This document shows, in pieces, positions 1 to 8,907 of a stretch of DNA of 31,531 nucleotides (its first letter is position 1; the number at the start of each line of letters is the position of its first letter). Origin of the DNA: an uncultured Spartobacteria bacterium. GTDB taxonomy: Bacteria > Verrucomicrobiota > Verrucomicrobiia > Chthoniobacterales > Terrimicrobiaceae. Below the pieces are notes generated by a model. That model saw nothing but the letters and a program-made list of their open reading frames with translations, had not been told where the DNA came from and did no database searches. The translations under genes were made by a program, and so were the position numbers. The DNA is taken from NCBI GenBank assembly GCA_903915315.1, contig CAIWSO010000313.1, positions 1-31,531 on the forward strand, read 5' to 3'.

Positions 1-60
1 GACTCTTTGTTCATTGCGGCGGATTTCATAGAGCGGGCTTCGGCATGGGAAGAAATGGAT

Positions 61-936
61 TTACGCCTTCGGATTCACACTGGCCTCGATTTCCGCTTCC
101 ACATTGGGGTAACGGAAGGGATAGCCATTCGACAAGGCGACCTGGGGAATGACGCGAACGCTGTCCAACATGACCCGCGAAAGCTCGCCGAGTGAGAGGC
201 GAAGAGCGAAGGCTGGAGCGGGTAAAATGGCTGGCCGATGAACAGCCCGAGCAAGAGCCCGGGTGAAATCGGTGTTCCGAACAGGTTCTGGGCACACGGC
301 ATTCACTGGTCCGGAGATCGACGCATTGGCAATCGCCCACAGAATGAGGCCGGCGACATCATCGACATGGATGCAGCTCATCCACTGGCGGCCGTTGCCG
401 AGGGGCCCCCCGAGGCCCATCTTGAAAAGCGGCAGCACGAATCGCATGGCTCCACCAGGTCCAGTCACAAAGCCGATGCGAAGCCGGACGATCCGCATCT
501 TTTCAGCGACTGAGCCCTGAGTCGCCTCCTCCCACGCCTTGCAAGTCTGAGCTAAAAAACCGGTCCCTGCGGGTGATGTTTCGCTGACGGGATTCTCTCC
601 CGTGTCACCATAGTAACCGATGGCGGAGGCATTGATGAGGATGCGTGGCCCGTCTGGAAGTCGCGAAAGTCCCTCCATGACGTGTCGCGTCGTCTCCACG
701 CGACTGCGAAGGATTTTTTCTTTTTTTTGGCGTGTCCACAATCCGAGGATCGACTCGCCCGCGAGATTCACAACGGCATCCAGACCGGAAAAGTCCGGAA
801 TGGCATCCAACGAAAATCGTCGAAATCCAGAGCGTTCGTTTCTCGAAAAACAAACCACTTCTTGGCCGCTTCTCAATGCCGCCGCTTGTAGGCGTGAGCC
901 GATATATCCCGTCGCGCCAATGATGCCGATTTTCAT
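61..936 (-). CDS. TIGR01777-family NAD-dependent epimerase/oxidoreductase (YfcH/SDR39U1-like)
   Basis: 291 aa. N-terminal Rossmann motif IGIIGATGYIG, plus VVNLAGE, SAIGYYG, QWMSCIHVDD and a C-terminal DUF1731-like segment. Confidence 0.9.
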   Translation of the reverse strand: MKIGIIGATGYIGSRLQAAALRSGQEVVCFSRNERSGFRRFSLDAIPDFSGLDAVVNLAGESILGLWTRQKKEKILRSRVETTRHVMEGLSRLPDGPRILINASAIGYYGDTGENPVSETSPAGTGFLAQTCKAWEEATQGSVAEKMRIVRLRIGFVTGPGGAMRFVLPLFKMGLGGPLGNGRQWMSCIHVDDVAGLILWAIANASISGPVNAVCPEPVRNTDFTRALARAVHRPAILPAPAFALRLSLGELSRVMLDSVRVIPQVALSNGYPFRYPNVEAEIEASVNPKA

Positions 937-1005
937 TTCAGAAGTTTAATTCTCATTTTCGAAAAGCGCGCGAATATTCCCAATGCTCGGATGCTGGCGA
1001 ATGCC

Positions 1006-1407
1006 TCATAGAAAGCGAATCGTCAGGGGGAATTTGTAGGATTCCCCGTTGCTGGCACGAATGGCGCCGATGATTAGGAATACGGCCCAGCAAATAACGA
1101 GGATGACTGGTAAGGCAATCGGAACGATGAGGCAGGAGCCAAAGAGGGCGACCAAGCCTGCGAGAAAAAACCACAGGCTCCATGAGATATGGTAGTTCAA
1201 GACTTCCCGGCCGGCGGCATCCATGCCTGGAACATCGTTTTTTTTCAGCAACCAAATGATAAGCGGGCCGAGGATGTGGCCGAACCCCACTATCACCAGA
1301 CCCGCCAACGCGCTGAGGTGCATGAGTGTGATCCATTGCCTCGTGTCGGGACCTTGCGACTTCGGTGGAAGCGGCGGCGGTTGGTAAGATGGGTCGGAAT
1401 TTTCCAT
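1006..1407 (-). CDS. DUF4870-family small membrane protein
   Basis: Likely start is the ATG at 1407 (MENSDPSYQPPPLPP), not the ORF-track start at 1569. Has a Pro-rich N-terminus, LMHLSAL, ILGPLIIWLLKK, GREVLNYHISW, IIGAIRASNGESYKFPLTIRFL and three hydrophobic segments. Confidence 0.8.
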   Translation of the reverse strand: MENSDPSYQPPPLPPKSQGPDTRQWITLMHLSALAGLVIVGFGHILGPLIIWLLKKNDVPGMDAAGREVLNYHISWSLWFFLAGLVALFGSCLIVPIALPVILVICWAVFLIIGAIRASNGESYKFPLTIRFL

Positions 1408-1519
1408 TTTCTGAGAATCGCTGTGGAGAGTCGGGAAATCAAGATTAGGCAATCTCCCCAAATTCAAAAAAACGAATGGAAAGCCGTCAAACGATCTGCT
1501 ATTCATGGCCTCACTATTT

Positions 1520-4500
1520 ATGAAAAATATCCCCCATTTGGCTCTCTCGCTTGTGGTGTCCGCTTTCATCTGCGCTGGTTCGGCTCAGGCACAGTCGCCC
1601 GCCGCTGCCGCTGAAAACGAAAAGGCCTACGAGCTTTTAGCAAACGCCGATTATGCCAATGCCGCAGTGGCGTATGACGAAATCATCAAAGGTTATCCTA
1701 CGGATATTTTGGTGCAGAGTTGCCGAATTCAGCTCGCCATGTGTCAGCTCTACATTGGCGAATACGACAAGGCTCTCACCAATTTGGACGACACATCCAA
1801 GGGGATGGAGCTGACGGCGGATCTTGTGATGTTGGTGGATAGTCTGCGTCCGCAAATTTACACCGCGAAAGCAGCTGTCCTTGCGGCAGCAGATGCGGGT
1901 CGCAAGGCGGCGTATGAGAAAGCGATCGCGAGTTACTCGGATTTTATCACCAAATATCCGGCACCGAAGTTCCCGGAAACCGAGTCGGCCATTTATGGTC
2001 GGGCCATGTGTAAGTTCCAAATCGAGGAATATGGAAAGTGCGCCGAAGATTTGGAGTTGAACATCAAGAGCTTCCCGGCCAGCCCATCGATTCCCTCCAC
2101 CAACAATCTGTTGGCGATCACCTTTGCGACTCAAGCGGCCCAAATCCTCACCAGCGAAGGTGGAGACAAGGCCAAAGGACTCGAAGTGGCCAAGCGGGCC
2201 GAGGAAATCCTGCTCAAAATCATTTCCGATAAAAAGGATCTCGTTCTTATGAACGATGCCAACTACCAGCTCGGTGAAATCGTTTTCATGAGAGGCGCTT
2301 TCAGTCCCGAGGAGGAGCGCCAAGCCATTTACAATAAGGCCGCCGAGTTCTATCTGGCGATTCTTCCCAAAGAGGATGTGGAGGAAATGCAAAAGGAAAA
2401 AATCAAGTTGATCGGCCCGCAGCGCGTCGAAGCTCTTCGCGCCAAAAACATGGTGCTCAAAAAGAAGCTTGAGAGAGACCTCGAGCGTGAGGGAAAAAGA
2501 CTCGCTGAAATCTCAGCCAAGCCGGATCAAACGGCATCCGCCTTCCTCAAGGTGGGTGAGATTTTCTTTAATTCCGGAAAACACAACGAGTCCCGGGTGA
2601 TCATTTCTCACATTGCGCCATTCCTAACAACGGAAGACGAAAAAATGCGGGCGCTATATTACAAGACGATGGGATATGCCGTCCAAAGTGTGGAGGCTCC
2701 CGCAGTCAAGTGCTACGAGGAGTTTGTGGCCTCTTACAAAGGCAAACCCATCGCCGAAAACCTGCCGTTTCTTATTGGTAATCTCTACCTCGGCCAAGGC
2801 AAAAACGAGGAATCCATCCGGTATTTTGACGAGTCGATCGAGCAGTATCCGAAGGGACGTTTGTCGGGATTATCTGTGGCTCAAAAGGCCCAAGCCCAAG
2901 TCGCCCTTAAAAAATACGACGAGGCCCTCAAGACTTTCTCGGACACCATCGCAAGCAATCCGACGCCGGATATCGGACTGATTGCCCAATATGGTATTGC
3001 CACCATCTATCGTGACACAGCCCGATGGGATGAGGCGCTCGCCGCCTTTAAGTTGACCAAAGAAAAATATGGCGATACGCCGCAGGGTGCTGAATCGGGC
3101 TACTGGGTTGCCGCTTGTATGCAGCAGAAGGGGGACAATGCCGGAGCCGCTCCCTTGTTTGAGGAGTTCATCAAAGCGAACGCCGACCATGTCTTGCTGC
3201 CTCTGGCGACATTTGCTCTGGGCAACGCACAGGTCGCCATTGGCCAGAAAGAGGTTGGTCTAGCCACTCTGGCACAGGTCGTCGAGAAGTTCCCCGATTC
3301 CTCGCCAGCTCCGTTCACCTACTTCTCTCGAGCGCAGGTTTTTTCCACGGATAAAAAGCCGGATGAGGTGACGAAGCTCATGCGTGAATTCATCGAGAAA
3401 TACCCGAAGGATGATAAAGTCTTCTACGCCTTCAACAGCATCGCGCAGAACGCCATTGTCGGCGGAAAACCCGATGAGGCTCTCGCGGCCTACTCCGAGC
3501 TTGTGGAAAAGTATCCCGATAACCCAAACTCGCCCGGTTCGTTGGTGAAAATCGCGGAGCTCCAGCGGGCACAGGCCGACCGCTTGGCGACGAATTACAG
3601 CTCACTCAAGCCCGAAGATCGTGAGAAGTGGAAAGCATCCATCGATGCCTCCGTGGCTTCCTTGGAGAAGCTGATCGCTAACTATCCTCAGAGTGCAGAC
3701 ATCGTGGCTGGTCTCCAATCGCTTCTAACTTGCCAACGTACTTTGATCCGCTCCTCACTCAGGTCGGATGCCGACGTGGAAACTTACTTTCAAGAGGTCG
3801 CCGAGAAAACATCCGATCCCGGCGCGAAGAGCAAGATTCTCTTTACGTTAGCCGCTTTCATCTCGGAAAAAGATAAACCTCGTGCCCTTGCCAAGATGGG
3901 CGAGGCCTACAATGCCTCTGTGGTTTATAGCCCTAAAGATCTGGACATCTATGGACTCGCGCTCATTGAGAGCGGCAAGGTGGATGAAGCTCAGGCCGTC
4001 TTCGAGAAGTTGATGGCCGATTATCCGATCCCCGAAGGAGTCAAGGAAACAGCTGCTCCTACGGCGGTTCAGGAGGCCCAAGCCACAGCTCTCTTTGGAA
4101 AGGGTCGCGTCGCGCAAGAACGTAAGCAAACAGCGGAAGCCGGAAAGATGTTCGAGCAGTTGAAAGTTCTTTACCCTTGGTCGCCCAAAGTTCTGGAGGC
4201 GAATTATGGTATTGCCCAGTCGCTCCGTGCGGCAGACAAGGCTGATGATGCCATCAAGTTGCTCGGAACAATCATCCGCGCCCAGAATGCCACCGCCGAG
4301 CTTCGCGCAAATTCCTTCCTTCTTTATGGCTACATCATGAAGGACAAGTCGGACAAGGAACCGGATCCCAAGAAAAAAGAAGAAGCGCGCGCATCTGCGG
4401 TCGATTTCTTCATGAAGATCCCTCAGTTCTACTCGGGCGTTCCTGCCGCCGCTGTGCCCGGTCTCTGGGAGGGGGCCCAACTCATGGAGCAACAGGCTGC

Positions 4501-4639
4501 CGCCAGCGCCGATCCGAAGTTCAAAGCGCAGCAACTCGGACGCGCCAAGGCTTCGTATGACCAAATCGTGAAGGACTTTCCAAATGACAAAATCGCTCCG
4601 CAAGCCAAGGAGCGTGCCCAAGCTCTCGCTGGATCGTGA
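1520..4639 (+). CDS. Large exported tetratricopeptide-repeat protein (BamD/CpoB-like repeats)
   Basis: Signal peptide MKNIPHLALSLVVSAFICAGSAQA from the ATG at 1520 (alternative ATG 1505). Many helical repeats end in YP/FP-x-S turns (KGYPTD, KSFPAS, EQYPKG, EKFPDS, EKYPDN, ANYPQS, VLYPWS, KDFPND). Confidence 0.85.
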   Translation: MKNIPHLALSLVVSAFICAGSAQAQSPAAAAENEKAYELLANADYANAAVAYDEIIKGYPTDILVQSCRIQLAMCQLYIGEYDKALTNLDDTSKGMELTADLVMLVDSLRPQIYTAKAAVLAAADAGRKAAYEKAIASYSDFITKYPAPKFPETESAIYGRAMCKFQIEEYGKCAEDLELNIKSFPASPSIPSTNNLLAITFATQAAQILTSEGGDKAKGLEVAKRAEEILLKIISDKKDLVLMNDANYQLGEIVFMRGAFSPEEERQAIYNKAAEFYLAILPKEDVEEMQKEKIKLIGPQRVEALRAKNMVLKKKLERDLEREGKRLAEISAKPDQTASAFLKVGEIFFNSGKHNESRVIISHIAPFLTTEDEKMRALYYKTMGYAVQSVEAPAVKCYEEFVASYKGKPIAENLPFLIGNLYLGQGKNEESIRYFDESIEQYPKGRLSGLSVAQKAQAQVALKKYDEALKTFSDTIASNPTPDIGLIAQYGIATIYRDTARWDEALAAFKLTKEKYGDTPQGAESGYWVAACMQQKGDNAGAAPLFEEFIKANADHVLLPLATFALGNAQVAIGQKEVGLATLAQVVEKFPDSSPAPFTYFSRAQVFSTDKKPDEVTKLMREFIEKYPKDDKVFYAFNSIAQNAIVGGKPDEALAAYSELVEKYPDNPNSPGSLVKIAELQRAQADRLATNYSSLKPEDREKWKASIDASVASLEKLIANYPQSADIVAGLQSLLTCQRTLIRSSLRSDADVETYFQEVAEKTSDPGAKSKILFTLAAFISEKDKPRALAKMGEAYNASVVYSPKDLDIYGLALIESGKVDEAQAVFEKLMADYPIPEGVKETAAPTAVQEAQATALFGKGRVAQERKQTAEAGKMFEQLKVLYPWSPKVLEANYGIAQSLRAADKADDAIKLLGTIIRAQNATAELRANSFLLYGYIMKDKSDKEPDPKKKEEARASAVDFFMKIPQFYSGVPAAAVPGLWEGAQLMEQQAAASADPKFKAQQLGRAKASYDQIVKDFPNDKIAPQAKERAQALAGS

Positions 4640-5268
4640 ATAAAAGGGAGCGCGCGGCGGAGCTTCTCAAGCGCCTCCCGGCTATCTATCCGAACGCTCA
4701 TTGCGAATTGGTCTATTCCAATCCTCTGGAGTTGCTGGTCGCGACGATTCTTTCCGCTCAGTGCACCGACAAGCGGGTCAATCTGGTGACCCCGGGGCTC
4801 TTTCGGCGCTGCCCGACTGCGGCGGATTACGCCGCTATTTCGCAGGAGGAAATGGAGGGACTGATTCGTTCAACGGGGTTTTACCGCAACAAATCCAAAA
4901 ATATCCGCGCCATGGCAACGGCTCTATTGGAAAGGCACGGAGGAGAGGTGCCCTCCACGTTGGAGTCGCTCGCGGCCCTGCCAGGGGTCGGGCGCAAGAC
5001 GGCGAACGTTGTGCTTGGTAATGCGTTTTCTAAAAACGAAGGGATCGTCGTGGACACCCACGTTTCCCGTTTATCGCAGCGATTGGGGCTGACCAAATTC
5101 ACGGACCCGATCCGCATCGAGCAGGATCTCATCAAACTTTTTCCGCGCTCATTTTGGACTGACTTCAGCCACTGCCTCATCTTTCACGGTCGCCGCCGTT
5201 GCCCTGCGCGCAAGCCGGATTGCGCCCAGTGTGAGTTGAATGATATTTGCCCCTTGGCCAAGGTGTGA
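4636..5268 (+). CDS. nth: Endonuclease III (HhH-GPD, 4Fe-4S)
   Basis: LLVATILSAQCTDKRVN, HhH motif LPGVGRKTANVVL, VVDTHV and Fe-S motif CPARKPDCAQCELNDIC (C-X6-C-X2-C-X5-C). The GTG start overlaps the upstream TGA (GTGA 4636-4639). Confidence 0.95.
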   Translation: MNKRERAAELLKRLPAIYPNAHCELVYSNPLELLVATILSAQCTDKRVNLVTPGLFRRCPTAADYAAISQEEMEGLIRSTGFYRNKSKNIRAMATALLERHGGEVPSTLESLAALPGVGRKTANVVLGNAFSKNEGIVVDTHVSRLSQRLGLTKFTDPIRIEQDLIKLFPRSFWTDFSHCLIFHGRRRCPARKPDCAQCELNDICPLAKV

Positions 5269-5320
5269 AGAGCGGGGGTCATTTTGTCCCGTTGCTCGGA
5301 ATCGGTAGTGCACAAAAAAG

Positions 5321-5349
5321 TTGAGCGTTTCGATTCCAGTGGTCACAAT
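5321..5349 (+). promoter_or_regulatory. Possible sigma70-type promoter for fabV
   Basis: TTGAGC (5321-5326), 17-nt spacer, CACAAT (5344-5349), ending 10 nt before the ATG at 5360. Both boxes match consensus at 4/6. Confidence 0.3.
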
Positions 5350-5359
5350 CCGAGGTCTT

Positions 5360-6550
5360 ATGGTTGTCGCTCCCAAAATCCGTGGATTTATTTGCACCAC
5401 AGCTCATCCGGAAGGATGTGCCAAACATGTCGCTGAACAAATTGCCGTGGTGAAAAACCGCGGGCCAATTGCCAACGGTCCCAAGAAGGTGCTCGTGATC
5501 GGCTCATCCACCGGATACGGGCTGGCTTCTCGGATCGCCGCCGCGTTCGGTTCGAATGCCGCGACAGTCGGTGTTTTCTTTGAGAGGGCCAGTGAGGGTG
5601 ACCGCACCGCGACAGCCGGGTGGTATAATTCGGCCGCATTCGAGCGCGAAGCTGCCGCTGCCGGACTTTACTCCCGTTCCTTCAATGGCGACGCCTTTTC
5701 CGATGCCATGAAGTCGGAGGTCATTGCCGCCATCAAGCAGGATCTGGGACAAGTGGATTGCGTGATTTACAGTCTGGCTTCCCCGCGTCGCACGCATCCC
5801 AAAACCGACGAGGTTTTGAAATCTGTGCTCAAGCCGATTGGCGAATCTTACACAAATAAAAACCTCAATACCGGGAACGGCGTGGTGAACGAGATCACGA
5901 TTGATCCAGCGAACGAGGATGAAATCGCGCAAACCGTGGCGGTGATGGGCGGCGAGGATTGGGAGATGTGGATGGAGGCCCTTGCATCGGCAAACGCCCT
6001 TGCTCCTGGTGTTCAGACGCTCGCTTATTCCTACATCGGCCCCGTGCTCACGTGGCCTATCTACAAGAACGGCACCATCGGCCAAGCCAAACTCGATCTC
6101 GAGCGCGCTCAGAAAGCCCTCGATCAAAAGCTCGCGCCGCTCGGCGGGAAGGCTTGGATATCCGTCAACAAGGCGCTTGTCACGCAAGCCAGTTCAGCCA
6201 TCCCAGTCGTTCCACTCTATATTTCTCTTCTCTATAAAATCATGAAGGCCGCTGGGTCGCATGAAGAATGCATCGAGCAGATGGATCGTCTTTTCCGGGA
6301 TCGTTTGAGCAGTGGAAATCCCCAACCCGACAAGGCTGGGCGCATCCGATTGGATGATTGGGAAATGGCGGATGGTGTGCAAAATCTCATCAGCGAGCGC
6401 TGGTCCGCGGTGAATACGGAAAACTTCGCCGAGTTGGCGGATTTTGCCGGTTATCAGGCGAACTTTCTCAAGCTTTTCGGATTCGGCCTCGATGGAGTCG
6501 ACTATTCCGCTGACACGGATGTCGCCGTTTCCATTCCGTCGATCTCCTGA
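5360..6550 (+). CDS. fabV: Enoyl-[ACP] reductase FabV / trans-2-enoyl-CoA reductase
   Basis: Start at ATG 5360 gives MVVAPKIRGFICTTAHPEGC. Contains IGSSTGYGLASRI, YSLASPRR, VMGGEDW, catalytic Y-X8-K (YKNGTIGQAK) and KALVTQASSAIP. Confidence 0.95.
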   Translation: MVVAPKIRGFICTTAHPEGCAKHVAEQIAVVKNRGPIANGPKKVLVIGSSTGYGLASRIAAAFGSNAATVGVFFERASEGDRTATAGWYNSAAFEREAAAAGLYSRSFNGDAFSDAMKSEVIAAIKQDLGQVDCVIYSLASPRRTHPKTDEVLKSVLKPIGESYTNKNLNTGNGVVNEITIDPANEDEIAQTVAVMGGEDWEMWMEALASANALAPGVQTLAYSYIGPVLTWPIYKNGTIGQAKLDLERAQKALDQKLAPLGGKAWISVNKALVTQASSAIPVVPLYISLLYKIMKAAGSHEECIEQMDRLFRDRLSSGNPQPDKAGRIRLDDWEMADGVQNLISERWSAVNTENFAELADFAGYQANFLKLFGFGLDGVDYSADTDVAVSIPSIS

Positions 6551-6574
6551 TTTTCAAAGCCGTCTGACTGAGGC

Positions 6575-8203
6575 CTAGGCCCTCAGGAACCTTTGAGCGA
6601 TGGGCATTCGGCGACCGATTCCGAATGCCCGACTGGTAACACGTAGGCCTAGTGCGGCCTGCTCGCGTTTGTATTCATTGAAGTCCACCTTGCGTGTCAC
6701 CCATTGAACGGTTTTGGCATCAAATCCGTGTGCAACGATGGCATCCACCCCAAGATTTTCTTCAACGTAAAGCCGGAGGATGGCATCCAGTGTTTCATAG
6801 GGAGGGAGGGTATCCTGATCGGTTTGGTCGTGACGAAGTTCGGCACTCGGTGGTTTGTCGATGGTCCGGCGGGGAATGATTTCCGAATCGCGATTCAAAA
6901 ACTCCGCTAACGCGTAAACCATCGTTTTTGGAACATCGGAGATCACGGCGAGACCGCCGCACATGTCTCCGTAGAGTGTGCAATAGCCGACCGCTAGCTC
7001 GCTTTTGTTGCCGGTGGTGAGAAGCAGGTGGCCGAACTTGTTCGAAAGGGACATGAGCGTGAGTCCACGAAGGCGCGCCTGCATATTTTCCTCGGTCGTA
7101 TCTTCGGGAAGGCCCTCAAAAACGGGTCGCATCTGCTTTTTAAAGGCCTCGAAGCTATCCGCGATGGGAATAGTGTGGTAGGTGATGCCCAAATTGTGGG
7201 CAAGAGCGGCGGCGTCCTCCAAGCTATGGGACGAAGAATACGGGGATGGCATTGCGATGCCGGTGACTTTGTCCGCGCCCAAGGCCTCGACTGCGATGCA
7301 GGCTGTCACGGCGCTATCTATGCCTCCGCTCAGGCCCAGCACGGCGGAGCGGAATCCGCACTTGGAGGCGTAGTCCCGTAAGCCCAGCACCAGAGCGCTT
7401 CGAAGGTCACCCATGTCTGTTGAAGGTTCGGGTTTCTGGCACGGCGACTCGTCAACTAGCAGTTCTGCCTCCACAAACCCGGGTGCGCTTTTCAGGTTCT
7501 TTCCATCGGCCCCGATGGCGAAGGAGTATCCGTCAAAGACCAGTTGGTCATTCCCGCCTACGGCATTGCAGTAGTAAAAGGGAATCCGATTTTTCTGGGC
7601 TTGGGAGCACAGCATTTCGGCTCGACGGGCGGGTTTGCCTATTTGGAATGGCGAGGCGCTGAGATTTAGGATGGCTTGTGCACCAGCATCCACAAGGATT
7701 CTGACGGGATCGCATCCGTAGAGCGGGCGAGGCAGATATTCGGCAGGCCAGACATCTTCGCAGATCGTGACCCCGAAAAGACGACCATGGATTTCCAGAA
7801 CCGAGGGTCGAGGTCCGGGTTGGAAATACCGGGCCTCATTGAAGACATCATAGGTCGGTAGCAAAGTTTTATAAACCCAGCGGATCGGTTTTCCCTGCTC
7901 CAGCACGGCGGCGGCGTTGAAGAGGGGCTTTCCTTCTGGGGAGGGATTCCACTGTACGCAACCCACGATCCACGTGGCGGAGCCCGTGGCACTGTGGATT
8001 TCCTCCAGCGCCCGCAGGCTTGCTGGGACAAAGTCCGATTGGAAAAGCAAATCTTGCGGGGGATACCCAGTGAGAACGAGCTCTGGGGTCAGAATGATTT
8101 CCGCTCCACGGCGCTCAAGGGAGCGGCAGGCATCCTTAATCTTACGTGCGTTGCCGGTGAGGTCACCGACGGTCGAGTTGATCTGTGCGAGTCCGATTTT
8201 CAT
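6575..8203 (-). CDS. nadE: Glutamine-dependent NAD+ synthetase
   Basis: N-terminal nitrilase domain with an E-K-C triad (PELVLTGY, YKTLLP, ICEDVW). C-terminal synthetase with GLSGGIDS, ENMQARLRG, TGNKSE, YCTLYGDM and KPPSAEL. Confidence 0.95.
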   Translation of the reverse strand: MKIGLAQINSTVGDLTGNARKIKDACRSLERRGAEIILTPELVLTGYPPQDLLFQSDFVPASLRALEEIHSATGSATWIVGCVQWNPSPEGKPLFNAAAVLEQGKPIRWVYKTLLPTYDVFNEARYFQPGPRPSVLEIHGRLFGVTICEDVWPAEYLPRPLYGCDPVRILVDAGAQAILNLSASPFQIGKPARRAEMLCSQAQKNRIPFYYCNAVGGNDQLVFDGYSFAIGADGKNLKSAPGFVEAELLVDESPCQKPEPSTDMGDLRSALVLGLRDYASKCGFRSAVLGLSGGIDSAVTACIAVEALGADKVTGIAMPSPYSSSHSLEDAAALAHNLGITYHTIPIADSFEAFKKQMRPVFEGLPEDTTEENMQARLRGLTLMSLSNKFGHLLLTTGNKSELAVGYCTLYGDMCGGLAVISDVPKTMVYALAEFLNRDSEIIPRRTIDKPPSAELRHDQTDQDTLPPYETLDAILRLYVEENLGVDAIVAHGFDAKTVQWVTRKVDFNEYKREQAALGLRVTSRAFGIGRRMPIAQRFLRA

Positions 8204-8206
8204 GAT

Positions 8207-8902
8207 TTACCAAAATCCCCATTGGCGGGTGGACATAATGTAAATGCCCAAGCCGAGATTGGTGATCGCATGGGCCAGAATGCAAGCCGAGAGACTGCCT
8301 GTGCGGACTGCCACGAGATTGTAGGCGATGCCGCACAGGAGGGCGGCGGGCCAATCCGCTGCTTGGTGAACCAACATGAAAGCTAGCGCCACGATAAAAA
8401 AGGAGCGCCATTGTAAGGCGCCAATCGGAACATTGGTGAAATCCTCCTTGATCAAAAAACGCATCAAAAATCCGCGCCAGAAAAGCTCCTCCAAAACCGG
8501 AACAACAATCACCAGGCGCGCGAAGCGGGCCAGCACCGACGTCCAGTAAAGAAACGGGCTCGATTCGAATAGGGTGGGATCAAATCCCTTCAAGCGGGGA
8601 GGGAAACCAAACAGCACCTGAGGCGCGATCCATAAGCCGAGCACGGCAAGTCCTGTGACTGTCGCAAACAAGTAACCCTGCCGCTTGCCCCAGGAATAAG
8701 CTTTCCAAAAATAAAGAAGGGCAGCCCCGCATAGCAGGGTTTGAAGTGGATAAATCCCCTGTTCCGGGAAATGAGCCCAGATCGAGTCGCCTCCAAAAAT
8801 CCTCACCAGCGGAAGCAACGCGAGCGCGCCTATGAACAAGGCGAAGGGCAACACATGAGCGGCAAGCGAAGATCTCATCGCCGGGATTTTCGGTGTCGTC
8901 AA
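8207..8902 (-). CDS. CPBP (CAAX prenyl protease-like/Abi) intramembrane metalloprotease, resembling the exosortase-associated CAAX-related family
   Basis: VPVLEELFWRGFLMR (EExxxR), FMLVH and ILAHAITN (HxxxN), with a C-terminal WGFW and multiple TM segments. Start is TTG 8902 or ATG 8878. Confidence 0.85.
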   Translation of the reverse strand: MTTPKIPAMRSSLAAHVLPFALFIGALALLPLVRIFGGDSIWAHFPEQGIYPLQTLLCGAALLYFWKAYSWGKRQGYLFATVTGLAVLGLWIAPQVLFGFPPRLKGFDPTLFESSPFLYWTSVLARFARLVIVVPVLEELFWRGFLMRFLIKEDFTNVPIGALQWRSFFIVALAFMLVHQAADWPAALLCGIAYNLVAVRTGSLSACILAHAITNLGLGIYIMSTRQWGFW

Positions 8903-8907
8903 AAAAA

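Noticed and set aside
714-728. A8 tracts in coding strands (721-728, 1238-1245, 21688-21695) as possible phase-variation or frameshift sites
   Set aside because: They encode ordinary Lys-rich segments, the ORFs are intact, and 8-nt tracts are short for contingency loci.
1637-2392. 251-aa antisense ORF inside the TPR gene (similarly 3848-4621)
   Set aside because: Shadow ORFs opposite a convincing gene, with no recognisable motifs. Such ORFs are expected in GC-rich coding DNA.
5504-6187. Long antisense ORFs over fabV, E1alpha (11448-12140), prfA (14711-15307) and the permease (27781-28524)
   Set aside because: Each lies entirely opposite a well-supported conserved gene and shows no family signature.
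6568-6586. Imperfect palindrome CTGAGGCCTAGGCCCTCAG at the fabV/nadE convergence
   Set aside because: Short, bulged, overlaps the nadE stop codon and has no U-tract.
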